From the sequence record KY499642.1: DNA of 64,000 bases; one strand, given 5' to 3'. Under the pieces are notes generated by a model that was given only the letters and a program-made list of their open reading frames with translations, did no database searches and was not told the DNA's origin. The translations under genes and the position numbers were made by a program. Shown piece after piece: positions 55,643 to 64,000 of the stretch; the stretch's first letter is position 1; every line of letters starts with the position of its first letter.

Positions 55643-56065
55643 ATGTATCAAAATCCTAAAGGAAACCGTCGAATGATAGTAGACCGCCGCAACAGTGACC
55701 GTTGTGGAGTGGTTCTCTCGCCTGAAGAGCGAAGAGCAGTCTATAAGGAGATGGAAGTGTTTGACTTCCACTTACCTGAGATTGCAGGGAACTTTCTCCC
55801 ACAGCATGATCACTTTACGGTCTTGCATATTTACAAAGTTGATGGGCAGTTATCATTAACCATCGTGGGTAAGCAAGGGAAGCACAGTTGGGTGCGCAAC
55901 CAGAAAGAGTGCTTACATGCGCTCACCAACGAACACATGAAATACAGTGTTAAACAGGACATTATGGATATCCTCGCTTACAAAGCACCGACCATCCATC
56001 GACTCCTTAAACTTAAACTGGTAACTGCCGATGTCGAGTCAGCTCAAACTGCGGAAGCGGTCTGA
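55643..56065 (+). CDS. hypothetical protein
   Basis: 140 aa ORF. Confidence 0.7.
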   Translation: MYQNPKGNRRMIVDRRNSDRCGVVLSPEERRAVYKEMEVFDFHLPEIAGNFLPQHDHFTVLHIYKVDGQLSLTIVGKQGKHSWVRNQKECLHALTNEHMKYSVKQDIMDILAYKAPTIHRLLKLKLVTADVESAQTAEAV

Positions 56066-56507
56066 ACTACCTGACGGTTGTATCCTGAACGCTCCTGAAC
56101 AGACAGTCATTATCACTACCAATTGTGAAGGTGCTGCTGGCAGGGGCGTTGCCTTAGCTATGCGCGAAAGATATAGAAAGGTATATGAAGGGTATCGCCA
56201 TCTGTGTAAGTCAGGACGTTATACGCCTAACTCACTACTGTACGCTACAGTGTCCGATGAACAGCAACTACTGCTATTCCCAACTAAGATTAAATGGCGT
56301 AATGCATCACCGCCTGATTTAATCATCGCTAATTTGGATAAGCTTGCGAGTATCTATCGTGAGTTAAACATCGAGTCTCTCGCAATCCCTCCAATGGGTA
56401 TGGCCAATGGTTGGTTGAAAGGGGAAGACAAAGAAAGGGTATGGAATCACATGCTCTACACGTTCGAGAATATGGATATTCCGTGTACGATTTATACGGA
56501 AGAGTAA
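56031..56507 (+). CDS. macrodomain protein (DarG/Poa1p-like ADP-ribose hydrolase)
   Basis: TTNCEGAAGRGVALA, LLFPTKIKWR..S, IESLAIPPMG.ANG.L. Confidence 0.85.
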   Translation: MSSQLKLRKRSELPDGCILNAPEQTVIITTNCEGAAGRGVALAMRERYRKVYEGYRHLCKSGRYTPNSLLYATVSDEQQLLLFPTKIKWRNASPPDLIIANLDKLASIYRELNIESLAIPPMGMANGWLKGEDKERVWNHMLYTFENMDIPCTIYTEE

Positions 56508-56537
56508 AAATCATTTGAGATATATATCATCTAAGTG
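56506..56537 (+). promoter_or_regulatory. phage early-promoter-like motif, copy 4
   Basis: AAAAATCATTTGAGATATATATCATCTAAGTG. Confidence 0.75.
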
Positions 56538-56585
56538 AACTTAATCATGTGACACAACATGAAATCTTTTATAATGGAGAAAATA

Positions 56586-57473
56586 ATGAAAACGGTTATA
56601 CTACTAGCGGTGGCGCTACTACTATCTATCTCATCAGAAGCTTATGGTAAAGCAGGATGGGAATATCATTCTGACCTATTCGCAGAGGTCAGTGTTAAAA
56701 CTGGAGTTGACGCATCAGAGCTTGCAGCTGTCGCAGCTATTGAATCGTCATTCCGACCTTGGGTTAAAGCAGACACTTCAACTGCAACTGGTTTGTTTCA
56801 GTTCACCAACCGCACATGGCGTGTAACGCTTCAAAGCTACGGGGCTAAGTATGGGTTGGATGAGACTGCCGATAGACGTGACCCTATGGCTAATGCATTA
56901 ATGGGTGCTGAATACATCAAAGAGAACCGCCGCGTCCTACGAAAGAAGATGGGACGTTATGCAAGCCTTGCAGATGTTTACATGGCACACTTAATCGCAC
57001 CGCGTCGAGTTGCTGCATTGGAAGACATTAACCCGAATGCTTCTATGGCTTATCTGTATCCTAATCTGGCGAAGTACAACTACAACCTGTTCTATAAGGA
57101 CGATGGTAGCGCACGTACAGTGAAAGAGTTCAAACGTTACATTGGCGGTAAAGTATGGCGCGCATACAACAAGTATCGCGAGTCTGCAAAACTTGCTGTT
57201 GTAGAATGGAAACGTGAACGTGATGCTGAACAATTCGCAGCTGCAATGGAATACCAAGAGAGTCCATGGAACTGCTCTAAGTTTGCATTAGTTCGTAAAT
57301 GGGGCGAGTCTTTCAAAGAAGAGTCTATTGCTTACATGAAAACTTACTTAAATGTAGCAAAGGTACGCGTAACCAAATACGCATCGGCTAAGCAAGATAA
57401 CAACCAACGTCGTGAACCATTTGATGGTGCATCCACGCGTGTGTTGTATCTTGACCGACGTTGGATTGCATAA
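56586..57473 (+). CDS. lytic transglycosylase (SLT, phiKZ gp144 catalytic-domain-like) with N-terminal signal peptide
   Basis: AAIESSF...ADTSTATGLFQF...TW...YG.KYG...DP...ALMGAEYIKEN...YMAH...FY..DGS..TVKE; MKTVILLAVALLLSISSEAYG leader; GGAG SD. Confidence 0.88.
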   Translation: MKTVILLAVALLLSISSEAYGKAGWEYHSDLFAEVSVKTGVDASELAAVAAIESSFRPWVKADTSTATGLFQFTNRTWRVTLQSYGAKYGLDETADRRDPMANALMGAEYIKENRRVLRKKMGRYASLADVYMAHLIAPRRVAALEDINPNASMAYLYPNLAKYNYNLFYKDDGSARTVKEFKRYIGGKVWRAYNKYRESAKLAVVEWKRERDAEQFAAAMEYQESPWNCSKFALVRKWGESFKEESIAYMKTYLNVAKVRVTKYASAKQDNNQRREPFDGASTRVLYLDRRWIA

Positions 57474-57477
57474 AGAC

Positions 57478-57517
57478 AAATAAAAAGGAGGGCTTTCGCC
57501 CTCCCTTATTTTTTTTT
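57478..57517. terminator. bidirectional intrinsic terminator
   Basis: A-run, GGAGGGC-TTTC-GCCCTCC, T-run between convergent genes. Confidence 0.88.
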
Positions 57518-57520
57518 GCC

Positions 57521-58174
57521 TTAACCTGCGTTTTCGAACAATTCAGGGTGTGCGGTAATGACTGCGAGCAGTTGTTTGTTCTGCTCCTCTAGTGCATCAG
57601 CACGTGCTGTTTGTTCCTTTAGTTGTACCTCAAGCGGTTTATGCAATTGGATTGCGGCACGGCGTGAGGCTTCTAACTGAATGTGATCTTCATGACTAAC
57701 TGTACCAGACATTGGAATCGTAGCGAAATTGATTTCCGCTTTATCTTCAGTTACACCAACAGCTTTTGTTACTAGGTCTTGCATGTCACCAATTAGATAA
57801 TCTATTTGGAAGTTTGACGGCAGTGGACCTAGGTCAAGCATCATCACTTTACGTTCATAACGCAGACCCGCCATACCCGGATACGATTCAATGAACGTGT
57901 TAGGCACATAGATGTATTCTTGGTCGGCTGAAATCAGAGTTACAATAGAAGCGCCTTTTGCTGCATCTTCTTTGTAGATTTTCTCTGACAGTTCTTTCGG
58001 TGCGTAGTACTCTTCGTAAACGTTGATGCCACGCTTAACTAACTCATCAAAGGAACGTACTGCATGACAGCGGTAAATCATTTCCAGTGATACAGTAAAC
58101 GGTGTGAACAATGAGTACACACCTGAAGCGTGAATTGGTGGCGTGATTAATGCCCTTACGCGTTCTTCCGCCAT
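57521..58174 (-). CDS. conserved phiKZ-like protein, probably virion-associated
   Basis: AGGAG SD; TPPIHASG...PF...YRC.AVRSF.EL pattern recalled from phiKZ-like phages. Confidence 0.7.
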   Translation of the reverse strand: MAEERVRALITPPIHASGVYSLFTPFTVSLEMIYRCHAVRSFDELVKRGINVYEEYYAPKELSEKIYKEDAAKGASIVTLISADQEYIYVPNTFIESYPGMAGLRYERKVMMLDLGPLPSNFQIDYLIGDMQDLVTKAVGVTEDKAEINFATIPMSGTVSHEDHIQLEASRRAAIQLHKPLEVQLKEQTARADALEEQNKQLLAVITAHPELFENAG

Positions 58175-58184
58175 CCTCTACTCC

Positions 58185-59507
58185 TTATGCGGCTTGTTCT
58201 TGTGCAACAGCTTCTTCCATTGACAAACGAGACAGTACCATGTACAATACGTTGTCGTAAGAGAAACCAACATAGAAAAGACCATCACGTTCAACACGTG
58301 CGTACTCTACATCAAGGTATGAGTACTCGTCCATTTCTTCTGCGGCAATCACTGCGTTCTGCAACATGAAAATCCAATCCGTTGTGTATTTGTTCAAACG
58401 GTTGAAGTCGGCAGAGCGAGAAGCAATCAGCGCATAGTCAGGGAAGTAGTCTTTGAGTTTGTATTTGTTATCGCGGTTTTCGATACCACCGGAGCATACA
58501 AACGCAAGTGATTTGTAGTGCACTGTACTGATGTCTAAATACTTCAAAACGTGACCAGCTTTAGGGTACTTGATGTACTTTTCTGCCAGAACGCCTGCTT
58601 CATCATATGGTACAATCGGCGAATACAGTTGTCCGCGTACTGTTTCATCTGGTACGCTTCGGTTATGCCACATTGGAACAATAACGAACTCTGTGGAAGT
58701 AAAGATATCTGGGAACACTGGAACCCAGTCTTCGCGACCGTATACGGAGTTGGCTAGGATATATTCTGCGATGGCTTCTTTGATAACTAACGGGTTATTC
58801 CCGGCAATGCCGTAGATAATCACCGTCCAGTTTGTCATTAGAGACGTATCAGGATCTTCACGGTCGTACCAAGGGTACTCACGAGTGACACGATTCGAAT
58901 AAGGGTTTTCTTCAGCAAGCTGAGCAACCTTGACATCGTGGTCTGGTAGATTGAATTGGTCAAGTGCAGGTTTAACGTACTCGACCGTCTTCATGAATGT
59001 GTCGACTGGCTCGATAGGTGGAATAACAACGATTTCAAATTCGTCGTATTGCGCCTTGAACGCTTCGTCAGCAAACCATACACGAAGTTCATTCTCTTCA
59101 CCACCATCATCAAGATTCCACTTGATGTATGTCGGCATCCAGTTGTTTTTCGCAGTCTCCATCAGACCAATTTCTGCATCACCGATGCGGTCTTGGAACT
59201 CCGCTAAGAACAATGTACGGAAATGTTCCGGATCATCGTTCAAAGAACCTGCGACAGATTTGTTGAACACCCATTGTGCAATTTCAAGCACGTGGGCGTG
59301 ATACTTAGCTGGCGTTTCAATCTTCTCTTCGTCTTTTTTGCTCGTAAACGTAACAAGTTCTACGTTAGGAGCATCCGCCTTTGAGTAATATCCTTTCTCA
59401 GTAGCGTAGGACAAAGACATGTTTGAAAGTTCGCCTAGCGGGGAGATGTTTTTGGGAATGTTGTTGGCAAATGCCGTGATCTCAATAAACCCTTTAAGAT
59501 TGTACAT
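58185..59507 (-). CDS. conserved phiKZ-like virion structural protein
   Basis: MYNLKGF...NN.P...GELS N-terminus recalled from phiKZ-like virion proteins; GGAG SD. Confidence 0.7.
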   Translation of the reverse strand: MYNLKGFIEITAFANNIPKNISPLGELSNMSLSYATEKGYYSKADAPNVELVTFTSKKDEEKIETPAKYHAHVLEIAQWVFNKSVAGSLNDDPEHFRTLFLAEFQDRIGDAEIGLMETAKNNWMPTYIKWNLDDGGEENELRVWFADEAFKAQYDEFEIVVIPPIEPVDTFMKTVEYVKPALDQFNLPDHDVKVAQLAEENPYSNRVTREYPWYDREDPDTSLMTNWTVIIYGIAGNNPLVIKEAIAEYILANSVYGREDWVPVFPDIFTSTEFVIVPMWHNRSVPDETVRGQLYSPIVPYDEAGVLAEKYIKYPKAGHVLKYLDISTVHYKSLAFVCSGGIENRDNKYKLKDYFPDYALIASRSADFNRLNKYTTDWIFMLQNAVIAAEEMDEYSYLDVEYARVERDGLFYVGFSYDNVLYMVLSRLSMEEAVAQEQAA

Positions 59508-59557
59508 AGTGCACTCCGTAGGACTATCTTTAACTTACATAATAAATAGGTGACAAT

Positions 59558-59977
59558 ATGGGCATATTTGGTTGGTTCAAACTATTCATGCCCCTGATTC
59601 TGGAATATGCTAAGGAGGTATTATTCCCTGGGGCAGATGCCAAGAAAACCACCCCACTTGAACGAGTGAGCATTCTGGTGATTATCATTTTAATCGCTTT
59701 GCTTGGTTTCCTTGGTGACAGGTTTTTCATCTTGTATGAAGAAAAACAAACACTCAAGTCTGACGTAACAAAGAAAGAGTTGATAATCGAATCTCACAAG
59801 AAAGAGATTGCATCTCTGACCGAGGACATTTCAGAACTTGAAAACAAGGTCTGCGTAATCCCGCCTAAGACTCCACCATACGATGGGCAAACTAATCGCC
59901 CAAGTAAGGTTGCAAGGGAAGAGGATTTAACCCACGAGCAACGATTAAGAATGATCGACAACATCAACGACAGTTAG
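59558..59977 (+). CDS. inner-membrane protein with coiled coil (i-spanin-like)
   Basis: TM SILVIIILIALLGFLG then heptad region. Confidence 0.55.
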   Translation: MGIFGWFKLFMPLILEYAKEVLFPGADAKKTTPLERVSILVIIILIALLGFLGDRFFILYEEKQTLKSDVTKKELIIESHKKEIASLTEDISELENKVCVIPPKTPPYDGQTNRPSKVAREEDLTHEQRLRMIDNINDS

Positions 59978-59989
59978 TAAGGAGCTATC

Positions 59990-60574
59990 ATGAAACGCGT
60001 TGTGCTTATAGCTTCCATGCTATTGGGCGGTTGCACCGTTCCATCAAACTATGTTTCTGACCGTGCTATGAACACAACCACGCTTTCTCAAGAAAGTAAA
60101 GAGGTTACTACATCAATCCCTGACAATGAGTTAAGGCGATTGGTGCATGTAGTTGCTCAAGAGGTTGATAAGAAGTTAGCCGTACGTAACAATGGTATTT
60201 TGACGAAGCAACCACCACCACCTTATGCTGAGGCGTATCCAAACCTTCGTAGAGACAACATTGCTTTCTACGATTACGTGGATGACTTCAACTGGTATGT
60301 GAACTATCTCTTTTCATACACCATTGTGTTGAATGACTACGCTGAATCCCGTGGGTGGAAACATCCAGACACAGTCCCTATTTGTCGGGTTGTGAACTGG
60401 CAAGTCATGGAAGAGCTCCCGAAGTTTCAACCTAAGTCTGACCCAAGTCGTGACTTAAATCGATTCGAATGGGAGTTGGTGGATTACATCAAAGCCATCA
60501 AAGACAAATATAAGGATGAGTCTGCTGAGTTGGACACCATCCAAGCTACTCAACGCATTTTGTGCGTTTATTAG
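59990..60574 (+). CDS. lipoprotein (o-spanin-like)
   Basis: MKRVVLIASMLLGGC lipobox; Pro-rich QPPPP; follows TM/coiled-coil gene. Confidence 0.6.
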   Translation: MKRVVLIASMLLGGCTVPSNYVSDRAMNTTTLSQESKEVTTSIPDNELRRLVHVVAQEVDKKLAVRNNGILTKQPPPPYAEAYPNLRRDNIAFYDYVDDFNWYVNYLFSYTIVLNDYAESRGWKHPDTVPICRVVNWQVMEELPKFQPKSDPSRDLNRFEWELVDYIKAIKDKYKDESAELDTIQATQRILCVY

Positions 60575-60689
60575 TGTTAAAAAATACCGTTATCGTGCAG
60601 GGGCTTGTCCTCTGTACGGTAGCTGTATTTTTCTATTGTGTGTCAGATGTTTTGTATAACAGCTATTTACTTTTGAGGATTCTGAATCA

Positions 60690-61436
60690 ATGGATACAGA
60701 GACTAATTTAATTACCCAAGCCGTACGTGTATCCATCCCGCGATATACTTTAGGCATCGATATTGAAACTAAGAACGTCACGGCAAACTCGTACATCTTA
60801 GCCATCGGTGCCGTGTTGTTTGACAACTACACGTTGAAAAGCATTGCGTGTTTGAACCTAGAGTTTGACCCGAACGATCCTGAGCAATCTAACCGTACGG
60901 AAGCACACTTTACAATTGACTGGTGGAACACTCGTGGTGAAGAACCTAAGTTCCCATCGCAAGCTGCTTATGACCGTACATGGTCTGGCACTCTTAAGTT
61001 CCTACAGGGTATGGAATTGTTTGACAAGTTCATGCGTCAGTTACCTCGCGATGGTCAGATTGTTCTGCCAATGCGTGGGCCGGACTTTGACTACGTGATT
61101 TTGAAAGACGCATTACGCGATGCAGGCATTTACCGTACGCCAATGTATGCGAGAGCTTTAGACTCTCATCGTACTATTGAACGTGTATTGGATGCACTAG
61201 ATATCCCACCTGTTTCGCAAGCGGAGCATGAGAACATGGTTTGGAAAGGTGCGCCTATTCCTCATGTTGCAATTTATGACGCGGCAATCGAAGGTTATGA
61301 AACTGCCCGAATGTATCATCTGTTACATTGCATTAAGACAATTGGGTACGAAGAAACGATTGCAAGAATTAAGAGTTGGGAGCAGGCTAAGAACTGTGAA
61401 ACCATCTCACTGATTACGGCAGAGAAAAATGAATAA
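60690..61436 (+). CDS. DEDDh 3'-5' exo(ribo)nuclease
   Basis: IDIET...ILAIGAV, RGPDFD, HVAIYDA. Confidence 0.85.
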   Translation: MDTETNLITQAVRVSIPRYTLGIDIETKNVTANSYILAIGAVLFDNYTLKSIACLNLEFDPNDPEQSNRTEAHFTIDWWNTRGEEPKFPSQAAYDRTWSGTLKFLQGMELFDKFMRQLPRDGQIVLPMRGPDFDYVILKDALRDAGIYRTPMYARALDSHRTIERVLDALDIPPVSQAEHENMVWKGAPIPHVAIYDAAIEGYETARMYHLLHCIKTIGYEETIARIKSWEQAKNCETISLITAEKNE

Positions 61437-63027
61437 ACTAGAATACAAATACGGCGTCTTTTATACAGACGGCGGTTTCCGTGACAGAAAACCACTCGCA
61501 GGCGCAGGCCATGGCATACATGGTTACTTGTTCAATGAACTCCCTTCGGTGCGATTTTCTAAAGTTCCGGTAATGTTAACTCCGCATGGATATGAACCAA
61601 AGATGTCTGGTGCGGAATTGAAAAACGAAAAGCATAACCCTGAATACAAACAGTGGGACTTAACCATCAAAGCGAAAGATGGTGGCATTGTTAAAGACGG
61701 TGCTGACATTAAGATACTTGACTATTGGGCATGTATGGGTAATGTGACTGCACAGCGTGGCGAGTTAGAATCATTCATTCACTTGTTCGAAACGGATAAG
61801 TTTGAATGTGAGTACATCACTATCCACTCAGACAGTAACTATCTGGTACTTGGTGTAAGCCGTGACTTACCTAACTGGAAAGCGAATAACTGGGTTCGAC
61901 GTGACGGTACTCCGGTTAAGAACTTAGACCTGTGGCAGAAAATTGATGCTATCTTTGAAGAGCGTGGCGAGAAGATTGACCTACGTAAAATCAAAGCACA
62001 TGATGGTCACTACGGTAATGAAGCGGCTGACCGCAATGCGACAATGGGCGTGGCTGGTTCTTGTAACTCTTGTGAGTTTACTGATTGGATTGAGACTGAC
62101 GTTCATGATGTGGATTACTGGGAACCTGAGAAGCCACTACCTATTATGCTACAGCAGAAGTGGAACTACACCATGTCTGAGGCTGACCGTATGGCTACGT
62201 CAGTTGACAGTGAGGTGTTCCATCATTACTTCATGGGTGATCACAATAAGTCTAAGGACGACATTGAGTTGCTTGGCAAGTACTTCTCAGATGCGGGTTT
62301 CTCATTAGTTCTGCATAAAGAGCGTGCCGACATTCTCGACACATTGGTGAAGTATCATGTTGATAACATGTGGAAACACAGTTGTAACATGTACAAGTCT
62401 GAACTGATGATGATGGTTAACTGTGCGAACTTAGTGAAACCAAAGAACACTTGGGAAGTCATGCGTGGTCGTCCTGAGTGTATGTTTATCAGCGGTAGTA
62501 AGAACGATGTATCTGCGGCTAAGACAGAAGACCTGATTACTAAGGTTATCCGTCCGCCTAAGCTATCATTCCGTGTCTTAGACATCGAAGAGCAGTTCAA
62601 AGAGATCATTTACTCTTACTTGGTAATGACAGGTCGTAAACTGGATGAGCAACCGAACTTCAAGCCGATGAACATTGTGCTAAACGAAGTAACGGATCAA
62701 TTCTATGAAACATCTGTTAATGCTAAAGGTGTGGAGGGTGCAACTAAACTGACTAACTTCTATGACCAAATGGCTAAGTCATTAACCTTTGAAGTTAACC
62801 ATCCTTACAATGATAAGAAAGCTAAAGTTATCTTCACACGCGGTGTTGATATCCCAAGCCGTACTATCATGAGTAAGGTCGCTCAGAAGAATCCAAAAGT
62901 GTACGTAGTGACGTGGCAGTTCGATACTATCATGATTAACTTCGGTATGCTGTTGGAAACAGATGACGGCGTTGGTTTCTGGTCAGGTTACGCGAGCACT
63001 CGAATTCTTAACTCACAGGAACAGTAA
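61429..63027 (+). CDS. rnhA: RNase HI with long C-terminal domain (phiKZ-like)
   Basis: YTDGG, GELES, SDSNY, W...NW...DG..VKN.DLW, KAHDGH.GNE.AD. Confidence 0.92.
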   Translation: MNKLEYKYGVFYTDGGFRDRKPLAGAGHGIHGYLFNELPSVRFSKVPVMLTPHGYEPKMSGAELKNEKHNPEYKQWDLTIKAKDGGIVKDGADIKILDYWACMGNVTAQRGELESFIHLFETDKFECEYITIHSDSNYLVLGVSRDLPNWKANNWVRRDGTPVKNLDLWQKIDAIFEERGEKIDLRKIKAHDGHYGNEAADRNATMGVAGSCNSCEFTDWIETDVHDVDYWEPEKPLPIMLQQKWNYTMSEADRMATSVDSEVFHHYFMGDHNKSKDDIELLGKYFSDAGFSLVLHKERADILDTLVKYHVDNMWKHSCNMYKSELMMMVNCANLVKPKNTWEVMRGRPECMFISGSKNDVSAAKTEDLITKVIRPPKLSFRVLDIEEQFKEIIYSYLVMTGRKLDEQPNFKPMNIVLNEVTDQFYETSVNAKGVEGATKLTNFYDQMAKSLTFEVNHPYNDKKAKVIFTRGVDIPSRTIMSKVAQKNPKVYVVTWQFDTIMINFGMLLETDDGVGFWSGYASTRILNSQEQ

Positions 63028-63045
63028 TTCGATAGGAGTGATGTA

Positions 63046-63414
63046 ATGCGATATCAGTATTCATCCCCACTAGCACTGGCTATGACATGCACGCTCTATG
63101 GGCGTGCTGTATATGGGCAGGATAATCATGTCTGGTATTATGAATGTGTTGGTGAATCACCACATATCCGTATCGGTATAAATGATGTTGTACCCTTTAT
63201 ACTCCGATTCTATCCAGGCGATTGCAATTTAGGTGAGAGTGGTTTCGTTATCTCTTTTGATAAAGAACAGTTTCGTGAACCACTTGACGTTGAATTAAAT
63301 TCCGCTGTACTAAGGAGTGGTATAGATCATGATAGCGAACAACACTACCGAAATGTCCGGACACGTAACTCTCTTCCCAAGGAAAATGTATTACATCTCG
63401 TTGAAAGGACCTAA
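63046..63414 (+). CDS. hypothetical protein
   Basis: AGGAG SD; 122 aa. Confidence 0.65.
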   Translation: MRYQYSSPLALAMTCTLYGRAVYGQDNHVWYYECVGESPHIRIGINDVVPFILRFYPGDCNLGESGFVISFDKEQFREPLDVELNSAVLRSGIDHDSEQHYRNVRTRNSLPKENVLHLVERT

Positions 63415-63793
63415 TGCAGGTTTACCTTTTGAGAATCCTGAAGGCGAGTCTATTGCAGCCATGGGTGGAAAGATATCACGTGAAGAGTATCCTGAAGCAT
63501 GTCGTGTATTAGAGCGTGCGTTAGGTCAACAACGATTCATTGTTAAGCAGCGCGGCAAAGTCCGTAGTTGGTTAGTAGACAAATGGAATGGTTTCCTAAC
63601 CAAGCATACTGCACAGCATCCATGGTTACTACATTTGTATCGTGACCGCATGATGCAAAATCCTGATTGGCATCCTGAATACCTCAGAGCACCAGACGCG
63701 GGTAAGCTAGACATCCTGACGTTATCGTTGAGGTTAGCCACACGTAAGTCGTTTGAGATTAACTTGGAACCACGTGGCATGGACTTTGATTAA
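63386..63793 (+). CDS. hypothetical protein
   Basis: ORF 63329-63793; likely ATG 63386; ends at terminator. Confidence 0.65.
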   Translation: MYYISLKGPNAGLPFENPEGESIAAMGGKISREEYPEACRVLERALGQQRFIVKQRGKVRSWLVDKWNGFLTKHTAQHPWLLHLYRDRMMQNPDWHPEYLRAPDAGKLDILTLSLRLATRKSFEINLEPRGMDFD

Positions 63794-63795
63794 TT

Positions 63796-63823
63796 GGAGG
63801 CTTCGGCCTCCTCTTATTTTTTT
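63796..63823 (+). terminator. intrinsic terminator
   Basis: GGAGGC-TTCG-GCCTCC then T-run. Confidence 0.88.
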
Positions 63824-63832
63824 GTTCCGGTC

Positions 63833-63863
63833 AAAAATAATACGGATATATATCATCTGAGTG
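63833..63863 (+). promoter_or_regulatory. phage early-promoter-like motif, copy 5
   Basis: AAAAATAATACGGATATATATCATCTGAGTG, differs from copy 1 at 3 of 31 positions. Confidence 0.8.
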
Positions 63864-63914
63864 TAATGCGTACGATGTAGCACGCAGTGATATGACTATT
63901 AATTGGGAGTTAAT

Positions 63915-64000
63915 ATGAAATTCAAATTCACTTTTCTGGCGCGAATAAATGGCGACGTCCGAATCAAATTTAGTAATGAAGATGTTCCGGAAGGTCAGTG
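63915..64000 (+). CDS. hypothetical early protein, truncated at window end
   Basis: GGGAG SD; MKFKFTFLARINGDVRIKF... open to end. Confidence 0.7.
   Translation, partial: MKFKFTFLARINGDVRIKFSNEDVPEGQ

Noticed and set aside
1-64000. CRISPR arrays, tRNAs, self-splicing introns, inteins, IS elements, diversity-generating retroelement repeats
   Set aside because: No regularly spaced repeats, cloverleafs, interrupted conserved genes, transposase or reverse transcriptase seen by eye; a tRNAscan/Infernal run would be needed to exclude fully

Overview
64 kb of a phiKZ-like (Chimalliviridae-type) jumbo phage genome, probably infecting Vibrio. The host is inferred from an AphA-like regulator; no database search was run. 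The left ~31 kb is mostly + strand small or unknown early/accessory genes, with thymidylate kinase, dUTPase, an ART-like domain protein and three isolated probable virion genes. 31.5-51 kb is a mainly - strand late cluster: four paralogous tail/baseplate fibre genes sharing a Y/F-x-Y/F/L-D-P/L N-terminal module, two fibre chaperones, a GH108 lysozyme and a probable central spike. 51-64 kb holds Dam methylase, SbcC/Rad50 ATPase, a DarG-like macrodomain, a gp144-like transglycosylase, two virion proteins, a spanin-like pair, a DEDDh exonuclease and RNase H. Five copies of an AT-rich early-promoter-like motif and many GAGGG..CCCTC-type terminators punctuate the window. No tRNA, rRNA, CRISPR array, intron or IS element was recognised. 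The most notable observations are: (1) a phage homolog of the Vibrio quorum-sensing master regulator AphA behind an early promoter; (2) virion fibres carrying animal extracellular-matrix-like domains, namely a dermatopontin/amoebocyte-aggregation-factor repeat and three to four thrombospondin C-terminal-like lectin domains; (3) a signal-peptide transglycosylase behind an early promoter; (4) a highly structured ~320 nt non-coding gap. All family assignments are by-eye motif matches to sequences recalled from memory and need HMM or structure confirmation.
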